Assembly (NCBI GenBank): GCA_964519285.1
Contig: CAZFJG010000004.1
Span: 1-45,796, forward strand
Direction: 5' to 3'
Origin: an uncultured Synergistales bacterium
GTDB taxonomy: Bacteria > Synergistota > Synergistia > Synergistales > JAFGMB01
DNA length: 45,796 nucleotides
Shown: in pieces, positions 30,020-40,940 of the stretch
Layout of the letters: each line of letters begins with the position of its first letter
Position numbering within the stretch: the stretch's first letter is position 1
Made by a program: the position numbers and the translations under genes
The notes under the pieces: generated by a model
What the model saw: the letters and a program-made list of their open reading frames with translations, nothing else
The model's database searches: none
Told to the model about the DNA's origin: nothing

Positions 30020-31188
30020 AAAACTGCTCTTTTATAATTGCTGCAGCAGGAAGTGGGATAAGGGCGGGCGGAACTCCCAAACAGTTCCGCCCGCTTCAGA
30101 ATATTCCTCTCTGGAAATGGAGCCTTCAGGTAGCTGAAAGACTTTATCGATCAGGTTATGTTTCCGAGTGTGTTATAGCTGCCCCCCGTGACAGGGTCCA
30201 GGAAGTTCAGGAAGCAGCTGACAGCTCAGATATTCCTGTGAATGTGGTAGCAGGGGGTAAAAACAGATCTGAATCAGTGACGAAAGCTCTCGGTGCAACA
30301 AGTTCAGATTATGTTCTCATTCACGATGCTGCAAGGCCCTTTCTCAAGGAAGATCTGGTTTTGAAGTTATTAAAAAAACTTACACCTGATTGTGCTGTTG
30401 TTCCCTGTATTCCTGTGACAGATGCTTTGAAAAAAGGAACTGAAGACCATTTTCTGTCCCCTGTTGACAGAAGTGGTCTTAAATTGACCCAGACTCCCCA
30501 GGCTTTCCATCGGAAGAAGCTCTTGAATATCCTGAAAGATTCCAGGAAGGCTTTTAGGGACGAAGCCGAGGCATGGCTTAATGAAGGACTTTCTCTTGCA
30601 AGTACTGATGGCGATCCCTTCAATTTTAAAATAACCTATTCCCGGGACTGGGATCTGGCTCTTATCATTTCTGGAAGTTATTATCCTGCTTCTGTAACTG
30701 GAATAGGGTACGATATACATCCTCTTGTACCTGGAAAAAAGCTCGTACTGGCAGGAATGGAAATTCCGAATTTCCCCCTTGGCGCAAAAGGAAATTCTGA
30801 TGGAGACCTGGTCCTTCATTCTTTATGCGATGCTCTTCTTGGGGCTGCAGGTCTGCCGGATATCGGTCTTATCTTTCCTGGTGATGAACCTCGTTACAGG
30901 AATATTTCAAGTATTACCATACTGAATAAAGTTCTGGATATGATCAATGGGGATAGTTTGCAAATAAACTCCGTAGATATCGTTCTGAAGGCCCAGTTGC
31001 CAAAACTCGGACCTTATGGTGAAGGAATGAAAACAAATCTCAGGCTCCTTTTATCCAGAAAGTATCAGTACCCAAGAATATTGTCACTTAAATTTAAATC
31101 TGGAGAATCTCTTGGTCCTGCAGGACGTTGCGAATGTATGGAGGCGTGGGCTGTAGCTTCAGTTTTCCGATCAGTCGATAATCGCTGA
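30016..31188 (+). CDS. ispDF: bifunctional IspD/IspF (MEP cytidylyltransferase / MEcPP synthase)
   Basis: N-terminal half has IIAAAGSGIRAGG..PKQF. C-terminal half has GIGYDIHPL...NSDGDLVLHSLCDALLGA. TTG start overlaps the upstream stop. Confidence 0.9.
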   Translation: MKNCSFIIAAAGSGIRAGGTPKQFRPLQNIPLWKWSLQVAERLYRSGYVSECVIAAPRDRVQEVQEAADSSDIPVNVVAGGKNRSESVTKALGATSSDYVLIHDAARPFLKEDLVLKLLKKLTPDCAVVPCIPVTDALKKGTEDHFLSPVDRSGLKLTQTPQAFHRKKLLNILKDSRKAFRDEAEAWLNEGLSLASTDGDPFNFKITYSRDWDLALIISGSYYPASVTGIGYDIHPLVPGKKLVLAGMEIPNFPLGAKGNSDGDLVLHSLCDALLGAAGLPDIGLIFPGDEPRYRNISSITILNKVLDMINGDSLQINSVDIVLKAQLPKLGPYGEGMKTNLRLLLSRKYQYPRILSLKFKSGESLGPAGRCECMEAWAVASVFRSVDNR

Positions 31189-31212
31189 CCGGATCTTGAA
31201 CTAAATATATGG

Positions 31213-31241
31213 TTGTGTCTTTTTCCAGAGAATCATACAAT
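31213..31241 (+). promoter_or_regulatory. candidate sigma-70-type promoter for guaB
   Basis: TTGTGT (31213-31218), 17 nt, TACAAT (31236-31241). Motif match only. Confidence 0.4.
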
Positions 31242-31307
31242 CTATCAAATATATTTGAGAGAACGAGATATCTTATCGGATAAAAATTTTTACTGGAGGT
31301 GTTTATT

Positions 31308-32783
31308 TTGAATCCGGAATCACGATTTGTTGATTATGAAGGACTTACTTTTGATGATGTACTTCTTGAACCAGGTTACAGCAGGGTAGTCCCTTCAGAA
31401 GTGGATTTCAGCACGGAGCTTGTCAGGGGAATCGAATTGAACATGCCCCTTTGCAGTGCTGCTATGGATACAGTAACCGAGGCCAGACTTGCTATCTCTA
31501 TTGCCCGTGAAGGTGGTATAGGTATCGTGCACAGAAATAACACTATTGAAGCACAATGCAAGGAAGTAGATCTTGTTAAGAGATCGGAATCCGGGGTAAT
31601 TGTTAATCCCTTTTTTCTACATCCCGATGACAAGGTTCAGGAAGCCGTGGCACTCATGGAACATTATCATATTTCAGGTGTTCCCATAGTAGATGAACAG
31701 CAGAAACTGGTAGGTATAATCACTAACAGAGACCTCAGATTCGTAAGGGATTACAGTCAGATAATAAGGGATGTCATGACCAAGGACAACCTTGTAACTG
31801 CCTCTGAGGGAACCAGGCTTGAGGATGCTACCGAAATTCTTAAAAAGCACAAGATAGAGAAACTTCCCATTGTTGACGGATCTTTCTGTTTAAAGGGACT
31901 TATAACCATAAAAGATATTCAGAAGGTTAAGGATTTCCCCAATTCATGTAAGGATAACCATGGAAGATTGAGAGTAGGAGCTGCAGTAGGTGTTGATGAT
32001 AATTCTCTCCAGAGAGTGGAGGCACTTGTTAATTCCAGTGTCGATGTGATAGTAGTAGATACAGCACACGGGCACTCAGAAAAAGTTATCTCACAGATCA
32101 GGGAGATCAGGACTCTTTATCCGGACCTTCCACTTATCGGAGGGAACATCGCTACAGCAGAAGCTGCTGAAGCCTTAATAGATGCTGGAGCTGACGGAGT
32201 AAAAGTAGGCGTTGGACCAGGGTCTATCTGTACCACCAGGATAATAGCAGGAATAGGAGTACCACAACTTGCTGCAATTATGAACGTATCCAAAATGGCC
32301 CATGCAAAAGGAAAAGCAGTTATAGCAGACGGAGGCATAAGATTTTCCGGAGACGTTGTGAAAGCCATAGCCGCCGGAGCGGATTCTGTAATGATAGGAT
32401 CACTTTTTGCCGGAACTGAAGAGAGTCCCGGTGAAGTCGTTATATACAGGGGAAGATCCTACAAAAGCTACAGGGGTATGGGCTCCCTTGCCGCAATGAA
32501 GGAAGGATGCAGCAAAGACAGGTATTTCCAGGAAAATTCTTCTTCAGAGAAGCTTGTACCGGAAGGAATAGAGGGACTTGCCGCACATAAGGGATCCCTT
32601 AGCGGAGTGGTCTATCAGCTTGCAGGTGGACTCAAGTCCGGTATGGGTTACGTAGGAGCTGGAACGGTCAGAGATCTTCAGGAAAAGACTAAATTTGTAA
32701 AGGTTTCGCCAGCAGGGGTCAAGGAAAGCCATCCCCATGATGTAGTTGTGACTAAGGAAGCCCCCAATTACTGGGTGGAATAA
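31308..32783 (+). CDS. guaB: IMP dehydrogenase
   Basis: [10 protein letters not shown]-terminus, CBS-pair insert, catalytic loop [22 protein letters not shown] 31308 lies 6 nt after GGAGGTG; the ORF-track GTG 31299 sits inside the RBS. Confidence 0.93.
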   Translation: MNPESRFVDYEGLTFDDVLLEPGYSRVVPSEVDFSTELVRGIELNMPLCSAAMDTVTEARLAISIAREGGIGIVHRNNTIEAQCKEVDLVKRSESGVIVNPFFLHPDDKVQEAVALMEHYHISGVPIVDEQQKLVGIITNRDLRFVRDYSQIIRDVMTKDNLVTASEGTRLEDATEILKKHKIEKLPIVDGSFCLKGLITIKDIQKVKDFPNSCKDNHGRLRVGAAVGVDDNSLQRVEALVNSSVDVIVVDTAHGHSEKVISQIREIRTLYPDLPLIGGNIATAEAAEALIDAGADGVKVGVGPGSICTTRIIAGIGVPQLAAIMNVSKMAHAKGKAVIADGGIRFSGDVVKAIAAGADSVMIGSLFAGTEESPGEVVIYRGRSYKSYRGMGSLAAMKEGCSKDRYFQENSSSEKLVPEGIEGLAAHKGSLSGVVYQLAGGLKSGMGYVGAGTVRDLQEKTKFVKVSPAGVKESHPHDVVVTKEAPNYWVE

Positions 32784-32866
32784 AATCAGTTGTGATTTAA
32801 GGCCTGACTTGTATTTTTATGCCCCTGCATGATATACTTCCACATGGACATCGTAATGTATCTATC

Positions 32867-32899
32867 CGAAGAGTGGGTTCAGCCCACTCTTCGTTTTTT
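32867..32899 (+). terminator. rho-independent terminator after guaB
   Basis: CGAAGAGTGGG (32867-32877), loop TTCAG, CCCACTCTTCG (32883-32893), then TTTTTT (32894-32899). Confidence 0.85.
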
Positions 32900-32937
32900 G
32901 TGAGGTCCTTTATACATAGATCTGGAGTTGATATGCC

Positions 32938-33420
32938 TTGAAAAACAGGAATGTCAGTGAAACCTTTGAAGAAAACGTTCGAGAAGAAGTTGAAGGACTC
33001 GGATATGATCTCGTTGGCATTGAAATAGCAAGGGAACACGAAAGAAAGATCCTTCGTATTTATATTGATTCATTGGGTGGAGTAATGCTCAAGGATTGTG
33101 AAAATGTCTCAAGGGCAGTGAACAAGATTCTGGAGCTTAACGATGATCTTGAACCTGAAGAAAAATATTATCTTGAGGTAAGTTCACCAGGAATAGAACG
33201 TCCACTTTTCAATTTAAAGGATTTTGAAAAATTCAAAGGACATCTGGTTAGTATAAAGACCAGAAAGTCTTTTCCGGGCAAGAGGAAGTTCAAGGCCATA
33301 ATTGTATCAACAGATAAAAATTCTGTTACCTTTGAGATTGAAAAGGAAGGTATTTTTTCTATTGGTCTTGAAGATATAGTTAAGGTTAATCTTGTCTGGG
33401 AAGGATTCGAAAAAAAATAG
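32938..33420 (+). CDS. rimP: ribosome maturation factor RimP
   Basis: 160 aa (LGYDLVGIE...LRIYID, LEVSSPGIERPL), upstream of nusA. TTG start. Confidence 0.88.
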   Translation: MKNRNVSETFEENVREEVEGLGYDLVGIEIAREHERKILRIYIDSLGGVMLKDCENVSRAVNKILELNDDLEPEEKYYLEVSSPGIERPLFNLKDFEKFKGHLVSIKTRKSFPGKRKFKAIIVSTDKNSVTFEIEKEGIFSIGLEDIVKVNLVWEGFEKK

Positions 33421-33465
33421 ATAGGACATTTTAAACATGTTATTTTCAGAAAGGGGATAAGATAA

Positions 33466-34563
33466 ATGATTCTTGGGCGTGATTTCGTCCGGGCTTTGAA
33501 ACAGCTCACAAATGAAAGAGGTTTGCCGGAAGAGGTTATCTCTTCCAGCCTGGAAGCAGCAATAATATCTGCCTACCGTAAGTATCGCGGCGGGAACCAG
33601 AACATAGAAGTTTTTCTGGATCTCGATAATGGTGGTGTGTCCATATACGAAGTTAAAACTGTCGTAGATGAGGTAAAATCACCCGATACAGAAATGAGTA
33701 TTGAGGAAGCCAAAGCTCTCGAATATCCTGATGTTGAACCTGGTGACCTTGTAAGAATAGAGGCTAATCCGGAGAACTTTGGAAGAATTGCTGCTCAGAC
33801 TGCAAGACAGGTAATTATCCAGCGTCTCAAGGATGCTGAACGTGAGATCATTTTCAATGAGTTCGCTGACCGTATAGGAGACCTTGTAACGGGTATTATC
33901 GTAAAGGCAGAGAATGACCAGGTCCTGGTACGCCTGAATAACAGGACAGAGGCTATACTTCCCAGGGAAGAGAGAATAGTTAACGAAGACTACATACCAG
34001 GAGAAAGAAAGAAATTCTACCTTCTTGATGTAAGGCAGACCACTCGTGGACCAAGAATAGTTGTTTCGAGAACACATCCTGGTCTTTTGAGAAGGTTACT
34101 TGAGCTGGAAGTTCCCGAGATAGAAGATGATGTAATAGAGATAAAAGGAATTGTAAGGGAAGCAGGGGCAAGGGCCAAACTGGCAGTTCTGACATCTGAT
34201 CCCAATGTGGATCCTGTTGGAGCATGCGTTGGAAATAACGGTGCCAGGATAAAATCCATAAGCCAGGAGCTATGTGGGGAAAAGATTGATATTATAATAT
34301 GGAGCAACGATCCACTGCAGTATATTAGAAATGCTCTTTCTCCAGCAAAGATTGTTAAAATAGAACCGATGCTTGAGCAGGAGAAGGCTGTTAAAGTATA
34401 TGCAAGGCCTGATCAGCTTTCCCTTGCGATCGGCAAAGCAGGCCAGAACGTAAGGCTTTCAGCAAGACTTACAGGTTGGAAGATAGATATTAATGCACTT
34501 GAAGCGGAGAAGATGCCTACTCTTCACGATATTTTCCAGGACATTTTCCCTGAAGATGAGTGA
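33466..34563 (+). CDS. nusA: transcription termination/antitermination factor NusA
   Basis: N-terminal domain, S1 domain, and two KH domains (GACVGNNGARIKSI, LAIGKAGQNVRLSARLTGWKIDI). Confidence 0.95.
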   Translation: MILGRDFVRALKQLTNERGLPEEVISSSLEAAIISAYRKYRGGNQNIEVFLDLDNGGVSIYEVKTVVDEVKSPDTEMSIEEAKALEYPDVEPGDLVRIEANPENFGRIAAQTARQVIIQRLKDAEREIIFNEFADRIGDLVTGIIVKAENDQVLVRLNNRTEAILPREERIVNEDYIPGERKKFYLLDVRQTTRGPRIVVSRTHPGLLRRLLELEVPEIEDDVIEIKGIVREAGARAKLAVLTSDPNVDPVGACVGNNGARIKSISQELCGEKIDIIIWSNDPLQYIRNALSPAKIVKIEPMLEQEKAVKVYARPDQLSLAIGKAGQNVRLSARLTGWKIDINALEAEKMPTLHDIFQDIFPEDE

Positions 34564-34569
34564 TAGATA

Positions 34570-35187
34570 TTGGTTATTAAAAGAGTTAGACCAAGAACAT
34601 GTGTTGGTTGTGGCAAAGAGAAAGATAAAAGGGAACTTGTAAGGGTAGCGAGATCGCCTAAGGGTTATGTTGCAGTGGACATTACTGGTAAAGCTCCAGG
34701 AAGAGGGGCATATATCTGTCCCGACAGGGAGTGCCTTTCCAGGGCGAAGAAGAAAAAAGGACTTGAAAAAGCTCTTGGGGCCGAAATTACACCCGAGGTA
34801 TACAGTCAGCTTGAGGAGGAGCTCAATCTCGAGAGTAGCCGAATGAAGGAAGAAGCGTGTAACACAGATATCCTCTCAATAATAGGTCTTGCTAAAAAAG
34901 CAGATCTGCTTGTTATTGGTTTTGATAAAATTAAACAGACATTATCAAAGGATGATCAGCTTCTGGTTATCCTTTCAAGTGAACATTCTGATAATGTACG
35001 CAGAACCCTGCAGTTCCATGAAGCAAGAAATAAATGCAGGGTTATTGTGATGGAAGGGTGCTGCAGAGAAAAGTTATCCCGGGCTCTGGGGTCCCACAAT
35101 GTCCAGGCTGTAGCTATCGATCTTGACTCCGGGATGTCTCAGAAGATACTTCAGTATGTAACTCAGGGAGGCGATGCCATTGAGTAA
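34570..35187 (+). CDS. fusion of YlxR/RnpM (DUF448) and an L7Ae/YlxQ-like RNA-binding domain
   Basis: N-terminal part has RTCVGCGKEKDKRELVRV...GRGAYICP, which is the YlxR signature. The C-terminal ~100 aa look L7Ae-like (GLAKKADLLVIGFDKIKQTL...LVILSSEHSDN). TTG start. Confidence 0.75.
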   Translation: MVIKRVRPRTCVGCGKEKDKRELVRVARSPKGYVAVDITGKAPGRGAYICPDRECLSRAKKKKGLEKALGAEITPEVYSQLEEELNLESSRMKEEACNTDILSIIGLAKKADLLVIGFDKIKQTLSKDDQLLVILSSEHSDNVRRTLQFHEARNKCRVIVMEGCCREKLSRALGSHNVQAVAIDLDSGMSQKILQYVTQGGDAIE

Positions 35188-37183
35188 AATAAGAGTATAT
35201 GAATTTGCAAAAATGCTTGGAAAATCTAACAAGGAACTTCTCAATATTCTGGATGATCTCGGTATTGAGGTCAGATCTCATATGAGCTCTATCGATACAG
35301 ATACAGCCCAGTTGATCGAGGAATCTATAGGATCCGGAAAAAAGAAACCTCTTGAAGAAAAGGATGAGAAGGGTTCTTCTGCAGAAGATCAAAAACAGCA
35401 GGAGAGCATAAAAGTTCCTGCAGGTGCTACTGTCAAGGAAGTAGCTGACATGATAGGTATTACTCCTGCAGATGCTGTTAAGCAGCTCGTAACTGCAGGA
35501 CTTATGGTACCTGCTACGATGCCTGCTTCCGAGGAGGTCCTGGTTATATTGTCGGACCATTTTGGAGTCGATCTGGAGATCGTGGAAGTAGAGGAGATCG
35601 AGGCAGAAAATGCTGCGGAACAAATGAAGGAAATAAGGAAAAAAAAGAAAGAGGTGATGGGAGATAATGCTACATACAGGTCTCCTGTCGTAACTGTAAT
35701 GGGTCACGTAGATCACGGTAAAACAACACTTCTTGACCACATAAGAAAGACAAACGTAACTGAAAGCGAGGCCGGAGGGATTACCCAGCATATTGGTGCT
35801 TCAACTGTAGTCCACCATGGAAAACAGATAGTGTTCCTCGATACCCCGGGTCATGAAGCCTTTACATCAATGAGAGCCAGAGGTACCCAGGTTACAGATA
35901 TCGCTATCCTCGTTGTTGCTGCAGATGACGGATTGATGCCCCAGACCGAGGAAGCAATTAATCACGCAAAAGCTGCCGGAGTTCCAATCATCGTTGCAGT
36001 TAACAAGATTGATAAGCCAGGAGCAAGACCGGACAGGGTGAGACAGCAGTTGTCAGACAAGGGTCTTGTACCTGAAGAGTGGGGCGGAAACACTATAATG
36101 GTAGATGTTTCGGCAAAAACTGGAGAAGGGATAGATCAGTTACTTGAAATGCTTCTTCTTCTTTCTGAAATGGAAGAGCTCAAGGCAGATTCTACTATCA
36201 ATGCTGAAGGCACTGTTGTAGAGTCCAGGCTTGACAAAGGAAAGGGACCTGTAGCTACAGTACTCATCAAACAGGGAACTCTTTACAATGGAGATGTCAT
36301 TCTTATGGATACTGCATGGGGGAAAATCAGGGCCATGCTTGATTTCAAGGGAGAACAGGTTAAATCAGCCTGTCCGAGCACAGCAGTAGAGATACTGGGG
36401 CTTAATTCCGTGCCCCAGCCCGGAGAGGCTTTCGTCAAGGTAGAAAATGAAAAGGTCGCAAGAGATGAAACTTCCACCAGGGAACAGGCACGTCGCGAAG
36501 ATCAGAAACTCTCAGGCAAAAGGATGACCCTCGAGGAACTATATGCACAGATGCAGGATGGTGGAGTTCCTCAATTGAACCTTGTCCTGAAATGTGATGT
36601 CCAGGGATCGATCGAAGCCGTAGAGTCTTCTGTGAACAAGCTGGTTACCAGTGAAGTGGGAATAACATTTGTACATAAAGGTGCAGGAAGAGTTTCAGAA
36701 TCTGACGTTATGCTTGCTGCAGCTTCCAATGCCATAATCATCGCTTTTAACGTAAGACCCGATAATAATGCCAAGAAGATTGCTGAGCGAGAGGGAGTCC
36801 AGATCAGGACTTATAAGGTGATTTATGATCTAATTGATGATGTCAAGGCAGCTCTCGAAGGCATGCTTAAGCCTGTTATACGTGAAGAAATCCTTGGCCA
36901 GGCTGAGGTTAGAGAAATATTCAAGGTTCCAAAGATCGGAAAGATTGCAGGTTGTTATGTAACTGAAGGTGTTATAAAAAGGAACGCAAAGGCAAGAGTT
37001 ATCTCTGATGGTGTGGTCAGATGGGAAGGGGCACTGGACGCTCTCAGAAGATTCAAGGATGATGCCAGAGAAGTTAGCGCTGGATATGAGTGCGGTATTA
37101 ACCTGCACAATTTTCAGGATCTCTCAGAAGGGGATATAATTGAATCTTTCCAGGAAGTTGAGGAACGAAGGACTCTGGATTAA
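35174..37183 (+). CDS. infB: translation initiation factor IF-2
   Basis: N-terminus [14 protein letters not shown] domain [25 protein letters not shown]-terminal domains present. TTG 35180, 9 nt after GGGAGG, is a plausible alternative to ATG 35174. Confidence 0.95.
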   Translation: MPLSKIRVYEFAKMLGKSNKELLNILDDLGIEVRSHMSSIDTDTAQLIEESIGSGKKKPLEEKDEKGSSAEDQKQQESIKVPAGATVKEVADMIGITPADAVKQLVTAGLMVPATMPASEEVLVILSDHFGVDLEIVEVEEIEAENAAEQMKEIRKKKKEVMGDNATYRSPVVTVMGHVDHGKTTLLDHIRKTNVTESEAGGITQHIGASTVVHHGKQIVFLDTPGHEAFTSMRARGTQVTDIAILVVAADDGLMPQTEEAINHAKAAGVPIIVAVNKIDKPGARPDRVRQQLSDKGLVPEEWGGNTIMVDVSAKTGEGIDQLLEMLLLLSEMEELKADSTINAEGTVVESRLDKGKGPVATVLIKQGTLYNGDVILMDTAWGKIRAMLDFKGEQVKSACPSTAVEILGLNSVPQPGEAFVKVENEKVARDETSTREQARREDQKLSGKRMTLEELYAQMQDGGVPQLNLVLKCDVQGSIEAVESSVNKLVTSEVGITFVHKGAGRVSESDVMLAAASNAIIIAFNVRPDNNAKKIAEREGVQIRTYKVIYDLIDDVKAALEGMLKPVIREEILGQAEVREIFKVPKIGKIAGCYVTEGVIKRNAKARVISDGVVRWEGALDALRRFKDDAREVSAGYECGINLHNFQDLSEGDIIESFQEVEERRTLD

Positions 37184-37503
37184 TGAATGTTACAATACCG
37201 GAACTTTATACTGGAATGCTCCTTGTCCAGTTGCAGGTTCCCTTAAGCAGGAGTCTGAAAGATAGAAGGCATGTGGTCAGATCCATCTCGGACCGGGTGA
37301 GGAATAGATGGAATATTTCAGCAACAGATCTGGGACCTGATGGATCATGGACCAATGTTTTTATATGTTTTACTCTTGCTGACAGTACATCAGAAGAAGT
37401 CAGAAAAAGACTGGATTCGGTTCTGTCCTTTATTTACAAAATGGAAGACCGGAAAGGATTCAGTGTAATTAATAAGTGGTTAGAGGTTGATCTTTATGAC
37501 TAG
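37183..37503 (+). CDS. DUF503 (YlxP-like) protein
   Basis: 106 aa. SLKDRRHVVRSI motif and the conserved infB-DUF503-rbfA position. Confidence 0.75.
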   Translation: MNVTIPELYTGMLLVQLQVPLSRSLKDRRHVVRSISDRVRNRWNISATDLGPDGSWTNVFICFTLADSTSEEVRKRLDSVLSFIYKMEDRKGFSVINKWLEVDLYD

Positions 37504-37855
37504 TTATCGTTTGGATAAAATTAACAAGCAGTTTCAGAGAGAAATTGCTTTGCTCCTTGAGTTGAGGATAAAAAAAGAAAAAGTGAAATCAGCAGTTATC
37601 ACAGGAGTGAAATGTTCTCGTGATCTTTCAGTAGCAGATGTGTACTTTACTACCGTTGAGAAGGAAAATAGAAGTGAAGTCAGAAAGGAACTTCAGGCTG
37701 TCTCTGGAACCTTGAGAAGTATGCTTGGGAAGATCTTGCATTTGAAACAGATACCTGAACTTCATTTCACTGAAGATAAAAGCGAAGAGTACGGCAGGTA
37801 TATAGATAGCTTGTTGGACAGAATAAAGCAGGAAGAGAAAAAAGAAGATTCATGA
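37496..37855 (+). CDS. rbfA: ribosome-binding factor A
   Basis: R..KINKQFQREIA N-terminus and LHLKQIPELHF. I preferred ATG 37496 over 37487. Confidence 0.88.
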   Translation: MTSYRLDKINKQFQREIALLLELRIKKEKVKSAVITGVKCSRDLSVADVYFTTVEKENRSEVRKELQAVSGTLRSMLGKILHLKQIPELHFTEDKSEEYGRYIDSLLDRIKQEEKKEDS

Positions 37856-38859
37856 ATAGCGTTGGTACTTCAGAAATGCGGCAACTCTATGACAGAATAG
37901 GAAGTCTGCTTGAAATTTACGATAAATGGATACTTGTGGTTCATCACAGACCTGATGGGGATACCCTGGGATGTGCCAGCGCTTTTGCCAGTCTTGGAAG
38001 TGATCTTGGCAAAAATGTTTCCTGGTACGGAAAAGATCCTGTACCGGATAATTATCAGTTCCTTGCCAATGTTTCCAGATATAAAAAGGTTTCAGGGTCA
38101 GATCCTGTTGATAATGCTCTTATTATTGTTCTCGACACGAGCAACGTAGAAAGATCAATAACTCAAATTGACCAGAGCTGCAATAATAAAAATGAAGTTA
38201 TAAACATAGATCATCATGGAGATAACTCCCTGTATGGGACTGTAAATCTTGTAGATGGTTCCGCAAGCTCAACAGGAGAGATGATATGGAATTTCTTTAA
38301 ATACCAGGGATATAGAATCTCGCAGAACATGGCTGAGGCATTATATGTTGCTGTAATGACAGATACCGGAAATTTTTCGTATGGAAATACTACTTCTGAT
38401 GTTCTTACAGCAGCCGGAGAACTTGCAAAACATGGAGCAAGACCATGCTATCTCTATGAAAGAGTATATAATAATCAGTCGCTTGAGGCTTTAAAATTGT
38501 GGGGAAGAGCTTTCGCCCATGCAGAATATCTATTACCCGGGGTCATTCTCGCCTGGCTTGACAAAAAAGATTTTAAAGAGACAGGAGCCTTTGCAAAAGA
38601 TACGGAAAATCTCGTCAGCAGAATACTTGAGGTAAAAGATGCTGTTTTTTCGATCCTGATCGTGGAGGAAGAGAAAGCTTCCAGGTGCAGTTTCAGAGCC
38701 TGTGATAATGCTATAAATGCTCAAGAGATTGCTTCCATCTTTGGTGGAGGCGGTCACAAACAGGCTTCAGGTTGTGTGATGGATCTTCAGTTGTCTGATG
38801 CTCTTAAAGAAATAAGAGAAAAAGTGAAGGATTATGTTGAACGGAATTCTTCTTGTTGA
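37852..38859 (+). CDS. nrnA: DHH/DHHA1 phosphoesterase (NrnA-like oligoribonuclease / pAp phosphatase)
   Basis: Motifs HHRPDGDTLG, VLDTS, NIDHHGDN, MTDTGNF, GGGGHKQASG. Confidence 0.82.
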   Translation: MNSVGTSEMRQLYDRIGSLLEIYDKWILVVHHRPDGDTLGCASAFASLGSDLGKNVSWYGKDPVPDNYQFLANVSRYKKVSGSDPVDNALIIVLDTSNVERSITQIDQSCNNKNEVINIDHHGDNSLYGTVNLVDGSASSTGEMIWNFFKYQGYRISQNMAEALYVAVMTDTGNFSYGNTTSDVLTAAGELAKHGARPCYLYERVYNNQSLEALKLWGRAFAHAEYLLPGVILAWLDKKDFKETGAFAKDTENLVSRILEVKDAVFSILIVEEEKASRCSFRACDNAINAQEIASIFGGGGHKQASGCVMDLQLSDALKEIREKVKDYVERNSSC

Positions 38860-39763
38860 TAAAAAAAGTGGAACCAGAAGTACAGAGTGTCTTAACAGCA
38901 TCAAGAGATCTCTTGAGAAAAAACAGAAAGCCGGCCATGCAGGTACCCTTGATTCTACAGCAGAGGGTCTGCTTGTTGTCTTGCTCGGATTAGCCACAAG
39001 AGCAAGTTCTTATATTATGGCACTTCCCAAGACATATGAAGTTGTCATCAGATTCGGTAAAAGAACAGATACTGATGATTATGAAGGGGATATTTTAGAT
39101 GAACATCCTACTGATGATCTCTACATGGAGAAAGTAAAGGAAAGACTCCCCTCATTTTCTGGAAAGAGAATGCAGTATCCACCAAAAATATCCGCAGTTC
39201 GTTTTGAGGGATCCCGATCACATGAACTCGCCCGAAAGGGAATAAACGTGGAAATTTCCCCCCGCCCCGTTACAATCACAAGTATCAAAATCAGCTCTGA
39301 ATTTATTGATAATGGTTCTGTAGCAATGAGAATAAACTGTCACAAGGGTACCTATATACGAAGCTTTGCAAGGGATCTGGGTGAAGCCATGGGATGTGGG
39401 GCACATGTTGCTTTTCTCAGAAGAACTGCCATAGGTCCTTTTTCTCTCGATGACAGGTATTGTATAAGCGTGGGTAGTGACATACCATCCATAGATGAAG
39501 TTGCATCTTCTGTAAAACCACTATCCTCTGTCTTAAAGGGCTTCACCAGTTACAGATTGACAGCTGATCAGGAACTATCTGTAAAGAATGGGAAGAAGCT
39601 ACCCCTGGATCATTTGAACAGATCAGGATTCGGAATAGTCCCATCCACTGATGGCATTGCACTTGAAGGGGAAAGACTTATCTCTTTCGCTTCATTGACA
39701 GTCGGTTCTGAAAAAAATACTCTTTATCTTCATCCTGATACCAATCTTTTTCTTCCGGAGTAG
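38834..39763 (+). CDS. truB: tRNA pseudouridine(55) synthase TruB
   Basis: NGILLVDKKSGTRS and catalytic GHAGTLDSTAEGLLVV. Confidence 0.92.
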   Translation: MLNGILLVDKKSGTRSTECLNSIKRSLEKKQKAGHAGTLDSTAEGLLVVLLGLATRASSYIMALPKTYEVVIRFGKRTDTDDYEGDILDEHPTDDLYMEKVKERLPSFSGKRMQYPPKISAVRFEGSRSHELARKGINVEISPRPVTITSIKISSEFIDNGSVAMRINCHKGTYIRSFARDLGEAMGCGAHVAFLRRTAIGPFSLDDRYCISVGSDIPSIDEVASSVKPLSSVLKGFTSYRLTADQELSVKNGKKLPLDHLNRSGFGIVPSTDGIALEGERLISFASLTVGSEKNTLYLHPDTNLFLPE

Positions 39764-39768
39764 AGCAG

Positions 39769-40683
39769 ATGATAATTGTGATAGGTTCATTTGATGGTTT
39801 TCATACCGGGCATCAGACTCTTTTCAAAGAAGCAGCAATACTTGCCAGAGAGCTTGGTGTTGAGTGGAGAGTGCTGACCTTTTCTCCTCATCCCCAATTG
39901 TTGTTTCCAGTAGAGGACAAAAGACTCCTTTTTACCGAAAAAGAAAGAGAATCTATAGCAAATTATCTTTCCATTCCAGGTATTATCAAGATCCCATTTA
40001 CTGAAAAGGTGGCAGGAATGGATCCTGAGGAATTCGTTAATAATATCGAAAAAGAATACAGAATCCATGGAATAGTCGTAGGCAAAAACTTCCGTTTTGG
40101 CCACAAACGTCAAGGCAACGTTGACTACCTTGCTTTAATGGCAGATCGCAAAGGTTGGGCATTCAGGTCTGTTGATATTCTGAAACAGGACGGTAATCCT
40201 GTTTCAAGCACAATGATAAGAGGACTGGTAAGTTGTGGATTGATGGAAAATGCCCTGAAACTCCTTGGATATCCCTTTTTTATAAGAAACAGTGTAGTAG
40301 CAGGAGAGCGTCGGGGGCGACTGCTGGGTTATCCTACTGCAAATATTGATGTTCCTGATCAGAAGGTGATTCCTCCAGATGGAGTGTATGCATGTTCTGT
40401 TATTTTTAAGGGCAAGATCTTTCCGGCAGCCTTAAACATAGGTTTCAACCCCACCTTCTTTGATGTATCTTCAGTGAGGATAGAGGCCCACCTGATAGGT
40501 TTTGATGATAATCTTTATGGGAAGGAAATTAATATTGTTTTCTGGAAAAAGATCAGGGGCGAGATTTCTTTCAATAATATTGAAGATCTTTCATTGCAGA
40601 TCGGTATGGACGCAGATGAAGCCCTTAAAATTTCAAATGAAAACGTTAAAAACTGTATTAATTTGCAAAACCTGAGTAACTGA
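39769..40683 (+). CDS. ribF: bifunctional riboflavin kinase / FMN adenylyltransferase
   Basis: GSFDGFHTGHQ nucleotidyltransferase motif and a C-terminal kinase (GYPTANI, IEAHLIGFDDNLYG). Confidence 0.92.
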   Translation: MIIVIGSFDGFHTGHQTLFKEAAILARELGVEWRVLTFSPHPQLLFPVEDKRLLFTEKERESIANYLSIPGIIKIPFTEKVAGMDPEEFVNNIEKEYRIHGIVVGKNFRFGHKRQGNVDYLALMADRKGWAFRSVDILKQDGNPVSSTMIRGLVSCGLMENALKLLGYPFFIRNSVVAGERRGRLLGYPTANIDVPDQKVIPPDGVYACSVIFKGKIFPAALNIGFNPTFFDVSSVRIEAHLIGFDDNLYGKEINIVFWKKIRGEISFNNIEDLSLQIGMDADEALKISNENVKNCINLQNLSN

Positions 40684-40712
40684 AAAATATTTCATGAATT
40701 GTAAATTACAGG

Positions 40713-40741
40713 TTGAACAACTTGGCTACAGATGGTAATAT
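40713..40741 (+). promoter_or_regulatory. candidate promoter for tRNA-Arg
   Basis: TTGAAC (40713-40718), 17 nt, TAATAT (40736-40741), about 15 nt upstream of the tRNA 5' end. Confidence 0.5.
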
Positions 40742-40756
40742 ATTCGCCGTTTCCAC

Positions 40757-40832
40757 GGGCCTGTAGCTCAGGGGATAGAGCGAGTGCCTCCTAAGCACTA
40801 GGTCAGGGGTTCGAATCCCTTCAGGCCCGCCA
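40757..40832 (+). tRNA. tRNA-Arg (anticodon CCU)
   Basis: 76 nt. Acceptor GGGCCTG/CAGGCCC, G, CCA. D arm AGCTCAGGGGATAGAGC. Anticodon stem AGTGC/GCACT with loop CTCCTAA. T loop TTCGAAT. Confidence 0.92.
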
Positions 40833-40940
40833 TTTTTTTCAGTTAACTGGTAATGCTAAATAAAACAGACTAATTAACGTGTTAGATGGCATTGATTTAA
40901 ATGGTATACAACGGCTAAGCACTAGGTGCTGAATAATAGA

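Noticed and set aside
32797-33039. 80-aa - strand ORF between guaB and rimP.
   Set aside because: It spans the guaB terminator hairpin and the rimP start, and it has no RBS. The region is better explained by a terminator plus the rimP 5' end.
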